NCBI GenBank assembly: GCA_020891255.1
Contig: BQFW01000007.1
Location: 62,001 to 126,000, forward strand
Origin: Entomortierella parvispora E1425
Lineage: Eukaryota > Fungi > Mortierellomycota
DNA: 64,000 bases
Direction of reading: 5' to 3'
Shown here: positions 47,390 through 57,600 of the stretch, piece by piece
Numbering within the stretch: the first letter of the stretch is position 1
Layout of the letters: every line of letters starts with the position of its first letter
The notes under the pieces: generated by a model
Database searches by the model: none
The model's input: the letters and a program-made list of their open reading frames with translations, nothing else
Told to the model about the DNA's origin: nothing
Position numbers and translations under genes: made by a program

Positions 47390-49851
47390 ATGCTGAAAAC
47401 GTTAGATTTGGATGTTCGAAGGAGACTCTCCAGAAGAATTCTCCATTTCGGGTTCGTTCTTATCCTCGTCTTCCTCTCTTCTACCAACGCCGGAACTATC
47501 TCCCCTCCCTCAACGTCTAGGGGTGAATATGCCACTGTGAACAACATCTTTTACGTCCATGGAGGATCGCGCTCCGCCGATGGCACCCAGTTCACCCCTG
47601 AGATCTTCTCCTTGGACCTGACTGTTCCCTGGAACGACCAAAGTCCGCCCTGGTCGGCTCTGCCCTCAGGTCTTGCACCCTCGCCTTTTCAGCAGTCCAT
47701 GGCTGTCATGGGGGACAAATCTGCTCTGGTTCTCTGGGATGCACAGCATTTTCAGATAACGACCTTTTTGCTCAGCAGCAATGTCTGGATGCCTCCGTAC
47801 ACGTACTCGACCAGCAATATCAATTGGGGCGGGCTAAAGGCGGTGATCCCCCCACCAGCTCCTCCTGGTGTCCTGGGTACCATATACATGGTAAACCCTC
47901 CAGAAAAGAAGATAGCAGAACTCTGTTCCAACTTTTTATCGTTCTGTGATACACAAAAATTGACCATGCGTTGTGTCTTCCTTTTTTTTTTGACAGCCAA
48001 ATGGTTGTTGGAACCTCAGCTCGACCGCCCCTTCGTCCTTGTGTTCTTATAATCTTGACACGCAGGCCTGGATACAAACCCCGATGCCCACCGGGTACCT
48101 GCCTACGGATATTAGCTACTACACCTTTGTGTATTCAAATTTAAGAAAGAGCATTGTGATGTACGGAGGATATAGCGTCAGTCAAAAAGAAGGACCGAGT
48201 CCCTATCTCTACGAATTTCTCCCAGCGACAAAAGTCTGGAATTTCCTTGTACGTTATCTTTCCCCCATTTCACCAAGAAAGGTCGTCTTGAGTGGATAAA
48301 AGTATACTCATGATTTGTCTTCCCTTCTCTTTTCTTCATTCTTGGTCATAGCAACCGCAGTCTAAAGGGACACAGCCTGGCGATATCTACTTCCACTGCA
48401 TGGTTGAAAGTAAGTTGACTCGATACTCCATTCTTTGATTTTCCTTCAGCTGCAATGAAAATCGTGCTTTTTTTTATTGTCTTGTCTTTCTCGCCCTCTA
48501 AAATCAAAGCCAGCATCCGATTTTAGCAAGATGATCATGTTTGGAGGTGCTACCGGGAATTTTTCTTCAATCACTTCGCACGGCAGCATTTACATATTGG
48601 ATCTGACCACCCTCACCTGGTCCCAAGGAGTGGATGCCCCTGCATCCGAATTCCGATTTGGACATTCGTGTGCAATCAACGGAGACAGTTTCATTGCCTG
48701 GGGAGGTAAGAAAGAGAGAAAAAAAGCCCTGATCATTTTCTTGTATGATTAATGCGCTAACGTGGAGAGTTTGGTTCACAGGTTCAACCTTGCAGACCAT
48801 GATGTCCAGTACCCCATTAATCTACAACATCCCTCTGAATCAATGGGTCCACGATTTTGTTGTTTCGGGGCCTCTTCCAACAAACGCCAACAGCACTGGT
48901 GCCTCTCCCTCAGGAGGCGCTGGATCGCAGCCATCAGGGAGTCCGAGTACCGGGCCGCCGTCTACAGAAAAGTCATCTGGAAAGGGCGGAATCATTGGAG
49001 GCGTTATCTGCGGTGTGATTGTCTTGGCTGCTGTAGGCTTCTTTTTCTACAAAAGAAGCCAGAAGCATCAACGCATTCCTCCATTGACAGAGGTGACCAA
49101 GGGACAGGACGGCAGAGAGTATGTCCCTCAAGTGGATGACGGCAGTCAGCCTCAAAAGACTCAATGGATCCCGCTTCAAGAAAGTGAGAGGAGCCCGCAG
49201 ATGCAGCCATCCGACTTTTCTTATGTTAAAGATGGCTCCCCCTTGACCTATTTGCAACCGCCCGTAATCCCTTCAGAGCCGCCCCAATCACCGACTACAA
49301 GTGCATTCTCCCCTTACCCTGACAGACCTACATATCAGGCAAATAGTCCGCACATGCCAACGTATCAAGCGACTGGCTCATATCCAGCGTCGCCGGTCTC
49401 TTCAGTACTCTCGCCAACGGTGTATGCGACCGCTTACTCGAAAGAGTCTCCCCCCTCTCCACCCAAGCTATCGCCTCGACCAGCACAAAATCCCCAAGGA
49501 GTCATGGGCGGTTATGGAAGCGCACCCCAAACTCTCTTAATCACAGGCAATAATATCAACAGTCCTACAATTGAGCTTCGAGGTCCACAACAAATGGATC
49601 CAATGTCAATATCGATGATGGACGGTCCGAGTGTCGCAGCCCCAAGCGGTAGAAACGTAGCTTATTTCCCCCCTCAACCCCATCCTCTATCACAGATATC
49701 TTTCCAAGCTATGCCAGAGCCCATTGTGGCAGCGAACGAAGAGATGATGGTCAAGAAGCTGGCACTGATGAAGGCCCAGTACGAGTTTGAGTTGTCGCGG
49801 ATCCGACTAGAGCAAGAGTCGTTGGTAGAAAGACAGCGAAGACAGGCATAA
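47390..49851 (+). CDS. K9: divergent kelch-like single-pass membrane protein with an extra propeller intron (exons 47390-47890, 47997-48248, 48352-48409, 48514-48705, 48782-49851)
   Basis: FYVHGG, FSLDLTVPW, IYM|PNGC, MIMFGG, TM GGIIGGVICGVIVLAAVGFFFY followed by KR. SPAAWM is lost, but NPQ/GPQ, YFPPQP and KKLALMKAQYEFELSRIRLEQE are retained. Confidence 0.82.
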
Positions 49852-50217
49852 AGAACAAACAGATCCACGCAGAAAAATAAACTAGAAAGCTCCACGGAGA
49901 AAAAGGAACTTTTGTCGACCCACTCCCTCGCCCTGCTTGTCTGGCATATGAAAAGAGCAACGACAACCGTGCACATGCAGACAGGTAATTTGGGAGAAAG
50001 TGCAAGAGGCGAAAGGGGGAGAAAGAAGTCAAGTTTTTCTTTCTTTTTTGATCTCCTCTTTTGTCTGTCTTTCTGTCGCTGTCTATCTCTGTCCATCCGT
50101 CTCCATCACAGCTAGCCGTTTGACAGGAGAATGGTCCTGCAGTTGATGTCTGACTCGACACGTCTTTAACAATAACAGCACTCATATCTAATCTATAACG
50201 GGGAAGTATTGGTAACT

Positions 50218-52425
50218 TCAACTCGATCTTTCACCTACTTCTCGTTTTCCTTCTACACGCCCCACCTCAGCAGACGAGAGGGCGTGCGGATCGGTGGAAG
50301 ATGCAGAAAAGTCCCCGAAAGGTATTACCACCTCATTCCCATCTCGCAATTGAGGATTTCTGTATTTTGTGGCGACAGAGGTGGTCGAGGATGCCGCGCC
50401 TTCCATATTGAATCCTGCAAGATGGCTGTCTCTATTACTGTCATTGTTGTTGTTAGTAGTGGTGGTGTTCCCACTGTCGCTCCCGTATTCTTGAGCATCA
50501 ATATCCATTGAAAACTCGTCAGGGATGTTGTGGAAAGACACTCGTTTCCGTAGCATGTTGTAAAACAAGACGTCATCCCGTACCTGAGGCGCTTTATAAA
50601 AGTTCGACAGGGCAGGGCCCTTGAATTAAAAGCTCCATCGTCCTCCCGGTTGGCAATATCCGGCTTTGTCTGTGCCGCCGTCTCTGGCTCTAGTGGAGTC
50701 ATTGAAAAGCGCTGGGGTTGATGTAGAGACCGCATCATCATCTGGGGGGGGATCTCTCCAACATACCAGAGAGGAGTGCCAATGCAGGTTTTGGCTTTGG
50801 CGGTGGTGGAGGGGGTGGCTGATGTAGCTCTGTTGACTTCAGCAGCCGAAGCCGCCTCTGCTGCCAGTGTCTTGTGGCGATTAAAGACATAAAAGATAAT
50901 GATGCCCAGCAGCAATGGCAATCCCAAAATAAGCCCCACGGTTGGATTTGAATGACTTTCTCCATAGTTGTTGTCATTCTCTCCACCCCCTCCTCCATCG
51001 TCAGGAATGGAACTGGGACTAGCCCGAGCAGTGGTGTTTGATGTGGAAGCAGGTGATGTGGGCGTAGAAGTGGATGCTGGGCTACTTGGAGTGAACTGAG
51101 TTACCCATTGTTGCGATTGTATATTGTAGATGATAGTGGATCCCAATAACGTCCCGTTGTTGTCTCCTGGAGCGGAGTGCGTTGGTCACAGAAAAGCAAG
51201 AGAAGGACATGTCAGTGAGACACCAGAAAAAAAAAAGGAGGTTCGTGTCGACATCGCGATTTTTTTCACCACCCGAAGCCACAAAGTGATCTCCCGATAC
51301 GGCGCATGCCATCCGAGCTCAAAACAGTGAGCTATCCACTGGGGCCCCAGATGTCCAGGCCAGAGAAGCTACGTCCAACGTGTAGATCCCTCCTGCTGCC
51401 ACTTGACCTCCCGTCGTGTAGCCACCAAAGACAACCATTTTGGTCCCGTTGTAGGCTAGACAAAAAAAAAGAAATATATATATATATAAAAAGTCAAGCC
51501 CTCGCTTCGCGTCACAGAGGCAATGCTTGTTTTAACTTCAAGAAAGCAAAGTTACCTGGAACCATGCAATGACCATGAACCGATCCGGGGTTCATGCCGG
51601 TGGCCATCTATTGAACAAGAAACAAAGAGGTGTGAATGACGGAGTGCGTGAGTGAAACGAATCTTTGATAGCCAGGAGGGGCAGAAGGAGGAGATCCACC
51701 CGCTCTTCATCGCTGTGATTTTACCGCTGTCAAGGTCGTCCATTGGTTCAAGCTGGGCATATACTCTGCGAGATTAGACTCGGTTTCTCCAACCACTTCG
51801 CCTCCAGAGACAAGAAGTGTTGACGGCACTGTGCTCCAGACAGCAGTGAAACCTGACATTGGCGCCCCAGCAGGACTGGGAACCGGTGCCCCGACAGCCC
51901 CCGTGAGTGCATCGATAGTCAGCATCGCCCCACCTGCATAGCCCTGAGGAATGAGAATCGTCCCATACACCGGATGCATGGCGCCTCCTAAAGGTACCGC
52001 CCCTTGGCCCAACAGAGTCATATTCAGCTTGAACAGGTTTATGGCCCATAGGTTTGCAGCAATGGCTTAAGCCATGATGGACGAGGACCCAAAGTCAACC
52101 AGGATGAGTTGTGTCTTGTCAACACTTGAAATTAAGAGCTGACTGGCGCTGGGAGGTCCGTTTTGGAGTTGTTTCCATGAAGGGTTGGAAGCCTGCCAGC
52201 TCGTTGTCAAGTCCAAAGCATAGAATTGGGATGAGACTGCAATGGGAGTGCCGCTCTGTGTTTGGATCAAAGTCCGCCTCCTTGGATATAGAGGGCCTTT
52301 TCATCCAAGGTAGTCCATTGAGGTGATGTGACTGGGGAGGGTGCCTGACCTGGGGTTTGAGCAAGTGTCAGGGCAAGGAGAGAGTAAAAGAGGAAAAGGA
52401 AGTAATGTATCGCAGCGGTGGTCAT
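50218..52425 (-). pseudogene. K10: inverted, pseudogenized kelch-TM family member (AYNGTK subfamily)
   Basis: MTTAAIHYFLFLFYSLLALTLAQ signal peptide, LYIQGG then a frameshift near 52270, in-frame TAA at 52067-52069, 52-nt microexon MATGMNPGSVHGHCMVP, AYNGTKMVVFGG exon with TGA at 51319-51321, TM VGLILGLPLLLGIIIFYVF, and a tail frameshift near 50620. Confidence 0.8.
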
Positions 52426-52911
52426 TAACACTGTGGCTGGTCCACTTGGGCCGTGTGATTAGGAATGAAAGGGGAGGTGGGCAAGGCAGAAGAGGATGAC
52501 AAGCTAGGGGAAGTGAAGGAGATCCAAGTCTTGACACTCGTGATGATCATCCGGGATACCAAGGGTGCACAGGCACCTCACCTAAAAATCAATTGGCAAA
52601 GTAGACGAAACGAGAATGGGAATCGACAAACGGAGCGCCGAATAGAAGCGTCCGATAGAAGTAAGAGAGATCGTCGAGCCGTTTCCTCCGTTCTTTTTTT
52701 TCTATTCTGTGGCGAAGTTGTTTGGCTTTGCCTGGCTAAGCATCCAAGCCTTAGCGTGCATGGCTGTTACAGGTTCCTTCGCCTGATTCTAAAGAATGTG
52801 TGGACATAGCGACAGGGGCAACGTCGTTGCGTGAGTGCAGGGAGACAAAAGGAGTCGATGCGTTGTTCTTTCCTTCCATGACACCGCCCTCTGTGGTCTG
52901 TACCGCCAAAA

Positions 52912-54537
52912 TTGAACCTTTCTCTTCACTTTAATTCCCTGTTTTTTGCTGTACTGCCTTGCATTGTGCACCGACTATTCGACACGCTCCAGGCCCCAAG
53001 ATTGGGGTTGACGCTTTCTTTCTTTGTCGTCCTTCTCCTCCTGGACCAACTTTTCTTGATCGCACCGTTTTCATACGCTTCAGTCCATTCAACATTTCCC
53101 GCACCGAGTTCCAATTTCCAGCGGGCCGTTCTTGAAGAGAGGACGCCCTATATCCAAGGCGGGGACTTTCTGGTTACCTTTTCGACTGCCTTCTATACCC
53201 TGGACTTGACCAAACCTTGAGCCGATTCGAGCCCAGCCTGGACCAGCTTGCCCAATGGGCCTGCAGTCTCTTCACAGTCAATGGTCATCAATCAAGCCCC
53301 GGCCTGTCTTGAGATTTTTGCGGGCGATCCTACACATCTGGCTGTGTTCAATCTTATGGCAGGCTCTTGGGACAACTGAGATGCCTTTCTAGACACGACC
53401 AATCAATTCTTGGCTGGTACCAGAGCGGTGCTTGACCCCACAACAGGCAACCTCATCTGCACGGAGGGGTCGTGTATTTTGACGGCAGCCCAGTCACTGG
53501 TCTATGGTGACGCGGTCTGGAGTACCCTTCGTGGGTCAGTGCTGCAGTTTGGAGGCCGTTCGATTGCTGGCAACGCCAGTGTGGAGACTTTTTCAGAGTT
53601 TAGACAGTCATTATCTTCAGGGGAAGGCGCGTGGTCAGATATCGCGACCACAGGCTCATCCCCTGGTCCGTCCGTAAACCATTGCATGGTCTTGGCTTAC
53701 AATGGTACGAAACTGGTCGTATTTGGGGGTTATGACTCGGCGTTCTTGGATCTCACCACCCTGGTGTGGACAGCCAGCCGATTCGTTTGGGGAGGTAATC
53801 CTTTTTTTTTTTTTTTTTTGCATCTCGTCTCGGACACGAGAGACTAAGCAATTCCTCCTCGTTTTGAAAAATCAAAAAAAAAAAAAAAAAAAAAAAAAGA
53901 AAAATAGGCGACAGCAGCCATGCCCGGGCTTCGAATGTGCCTCTCATCTACAACATGCAGACGGACGAATGGGTCCACCAGTTCAATCCAGTGTCCACGA
54001 CTGGATCCTATACTTCTAGACACGCGGCCATGATTACAGTTTTTTTACACGTTTGTGTTTATCTGCATCGTCCTCGATAGAACGCTCATCTGGCGCCAAA
54101 TGACTATTCCACAACAAACGTTGGCAGAAGACGGCGCAGAAGAAGAAGAAGTAGTAAGTCCCAGGCGATCCTGGCCAGGGTCGTTGAAGAGGCCAAAAGG
54201 AGGTGCAGCTAATCTCTATGCTTCAAAGATGAACCCTGCTAGACAGCTCTCGTCAGAGCCATCGGTCGCGATACCGTTACAACCTTGGTCAATTTCGACA
54301 GAGCCCCAGTCCTGGACACCTCGACCACCTCCAACATCAGAGCAGCAAGCACAATACGATTCACTTGATGGAGACAGCTTGCGTATCCCAGAGAATAGCC
54401 ACAACGTCGGGATGACAAAGACGCAGGCATTGTCGGCATCTGTTACTTTGACACCTTCCTCGATTAATTATAATAAAGGGGTTCTAAACCAGGCTGCTGT
54501 CAACTGTGCAGCCTTCGATAGAGTGAGTACCCCTTGA
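52912..54537 (+). pseudogene. K11: pseudogenized kelch-TM family member lacking the two introns that flank the microexon
   Basis: YIQGG, FYTLDLTKP* (W to TGA, 53218-53220), TGA at 53377-53379, contiguous WSDIATTGSSPGPSVNHCMVLAYNGTKLVVFGG, retained intron after VWGG, PLIYNMQTDEWVHQF, degenerate TM, and tail ORF 54055-54537. Confidence 0.75.
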
Positions 54538-54692
54538 TTTGAGGCTTCGGATCCATGGATCTCATACCCATTGTCTTCTTAGTTTACATCAGATACCCGT
54601 CCTCTCCTCCAAAAAGCACAGACGACTTGATAAAAATGGGCGACATTTTAAATCCATTGAACATATTTAATTTTCTCTTTCATTTTGGGATA

Positions 54693-57600
54693 TTAAAGTC
54701 CTCCCTCCAACAAAAAATTGGCCGCCCGTTCCACGGTGTCATAACGTGAGAGCGCATCGTTAGCCTGTTGGCGGGAGAATCCCATGTTGATCAACTCATC
54801 CACTCCCGGAAGATCTACTTTAGGGGGCACTGGGGCCGTTGAGGTGGTCTCTACTCCGCTGGTGGTGGTTGTCGCAGGCGCGGCAGTCGTTACGGGTGCA
54901 GCGGGCACCGGTCTAGGTGAAGCTTGAGGAGCAACGGCCGAAGATGAGACGGGTGGCTGAGATGAGAACTGAGCCTCAAACTCGCCAAATCCATTATCAT
55001 CGCCAAACGCATTCGTCGTCGTGGCTGTTCCTGCGTTTTGTTGAGTACCAGACCCAAATCCGCCAAAGGCCTCATCCAAATCCACAGCAGCAGCAGCAGT
55101 GGACGAAGGTGCCGCCACATGACTAGCAGCAGGAGTATTAAACTCCATATCTCCAAACGAATCCTGGTGGAAAGGTGCCGAAAAGCTTGCTCCAAATGTA
55201 GGTGCGGGTGCAGAGGATGATGAAGACGTAGGGGCTCCGACGGCAGCTGTGGATCCAAAGGGCGAAGGTCCTCCGAAAGCATCATCGAACGACGATGTGT
55301 TGAAATCAAATCCATCGTCAAATCCTGCCATCGAGCGGCTAGTCGCAGTGACCTTTGGAGCAGTCGACAGCTCTACACCCTTGAATGCAGAATCGAAATC
55401 ATCCTCGCCAGTAGAGCCTCCAAAGGAATTCTCAAACTCTCCAAAATCCGCGGCTGTCAACTTCTTGGACACCGGTGCTGTGGGAACAGGTGCAGCAACA
55501 GGGGGTGTCTCCGTGGAGGTAGCAGAAGAGCCAAAGATGTTCTCATCTTCAGACGAGGCAGCCACAGGGGCGCTGACGACAGGAGCAATGGAGGCTGTGA
55601 CGGTCGTCTCTGCAGTGGGCTCTGGTGAAGCAATGGAGCTCTTGGCCTGAACAAAAGCATCTTCGTTATCCGATTCATCAGTCGTATCTTCGTCTACAGG
55701 GGCAACTTCGACAATAGGGGGGAACTCTGAGTCCTCGTCCTTGCGAGAGTGGAAAGGCGAGTTGCCGGGAGCACTAAAGTCGTCATCGAATCCAAAGGCA
55801 CTCACACGCTTGGCCTTGCGAGCATCATCATCCTCTCCAGCAGCATTCTCAATATCAGGGAACTCTTGAGCAAAGGCCTCTGCTGATCTAACACCATCCC
55901 CAGTAGAGTTGGCGCCTTGGACGTTGCTGTTTGAGGAGGTGGGCTTGGCGGCAAAACCGGTGAAAGCAGAGTCAAAGTCCATCTTTGTGACGGGGGGAGT
56001 GTCCATGGAGGGGAAAGCCATGGCTGCGAAGGGATCTTGTGAAATTGGAGGCGAGGTGGGCAATGCCTGGCTGGCAGCCAAGGCTAGCGTCGCGGCACCA
56101 AGGGGCGTAGGGGGCGTTTCTGGCTCGGGCGACTTTGTGACCTCTGCTTGTCCTGCAAGAGTGGCGTGGGCAGCATGGGTCGAGGGAGACCAGAGGTCCT
56201 GAGCTCCAGCATCGGGTGTAGACAAGAAACCGTTGTTGTTCTGGTTGGCCTCTCCACCAACATTTTGAGTCGAGGGTGTGTTGGCGCTCATACCGGTGCC
56301 TTGACGAGGAATGGGCTCAAATGGAGACGATCCTGTACCTTGTCTAGAGATGGGTTCAAAGGGCGACGATCCTGTGGATTGACGGCTAATAATGGTCTGG
56401 GCGTTTCTTTGGGAGTTGACGCTGTGGAAGCTGCCGGTAGGACTGCGGAGAGCTGGTGGAATTCCGAACGCCTCCTCGGCTTCTGCCTCGGGTGAACGAG
56501 CAAACGAGGACATGGTCGATGCAGCAGTGCCACGGCTAGCGGGAGGAGGAGGGGGCTCCTTTCTAGATCCGCGAGGGGCAGGTGGTGGAGGTGCTACGGA
56601 GGAATGAGCAGGCGCGGGCGAGGAAGGCGCTGGAGAAGAGGACGAGAGGTTCTGAATGTCGTGGGCAGCCTGAGCGGCCTTCTCGGATTCGTTCTCAATC
56701 TCCTTGATGAGCTTTTGCTTGTCGGCATCACTGGTGGCCAATTGGCGTCGAGCAATCTCGAGCAGGCTCTTCTGGCGTCCAGTGTCCTTCTTCTTGGCCT
56801 CTAGTTCCTCTCTTAGCTTGACTGTTTCCTCATTGTTTTGACGCAGGCGAGTCTTGATCATGTTGTTTTCATCCTGGTCCTTGTTCAATGACAACAGATA
56901 TTCATCCCTGCTTGCACGGGCCACGGCCAGTTCTCTCTCCGAGACCACAAGTTCCTCGCGCAGCTTGACCAGTTGAGGTTGGATAGTTGAAAGAGCATTC
57001 TCCAGATCGGTAATTGACTTTCGCTCGTTCTCATGCAACGTCTTGATCTGGTTCAATCGGATGCTGATATCCTGCTTCTGGGCCGAGAGCATGGAGAGAT
57101 TGGTCTCCAGGATAGCTCTCTTGGCCTGCAAGTCTCCAGTGACTTTGCCCAGGTTGTTGATCTGGTTCTGCATCGAGGCCAGCTCGCCAGTTTCGGATGT
57201 AATCTTACTTGTCAAGTCCTCTGCACCCATCAAGTCCTTGTGGTCATGAGATACGCCAGTACTACTAAGAGACGTGGTCAATGAAGGTCCATCGCCCAAC
57301 AAGTCAAAGGATTGGCGTCTGAATTGCTGTGCTCCAGCAACGGAAGGCATGGTGGAGCCTGAAAACACAAGTAGATTCAGGGTTAGCAGGTGTGACACGA
57401 AGACAGCAAGAATCAAAGACAAACAAGAGGAGCCTACTTCGAATGGGTTCAGAGGCGAATGACAGGTTAGATGAGACACGGCTTCGAAGAGAAGGAGGGA
57501 CCAAGGTTGCAGGCAGGGTCTTGGGAATGGCTGCTCCAGTGGCATTCTTCCTGTTGATTAAGAACATTGCGACGGCAAACTCATCTCTGGACAGACTCCC

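Noticed and set aside
23166-49851. Array proteins as galactose oxidase/glyoxal oxidase enzymes
   Set aside because: Only the kelch-like fold signature (GG..Y..W) is visible. I could not identify the conserved copper-radical Tyr/His/Cys set, and ectodomain loops are variable.
24780-49851. NPF motifs in array tails as direct EH-domain ligands
   Set aside because: I read the tails and found no NPF. Any link to the flanking EH proteins would have to be indirect or through a non-canonical motif.
53799-53905. Long poly-T and poly-A tracts in K11 as a retrocopy poly(A) tail or hairpin
   Set aside because: They lie inside the retained GT-AG intron, and similar homopolymers occur in many introns and intergenic regions of this window.
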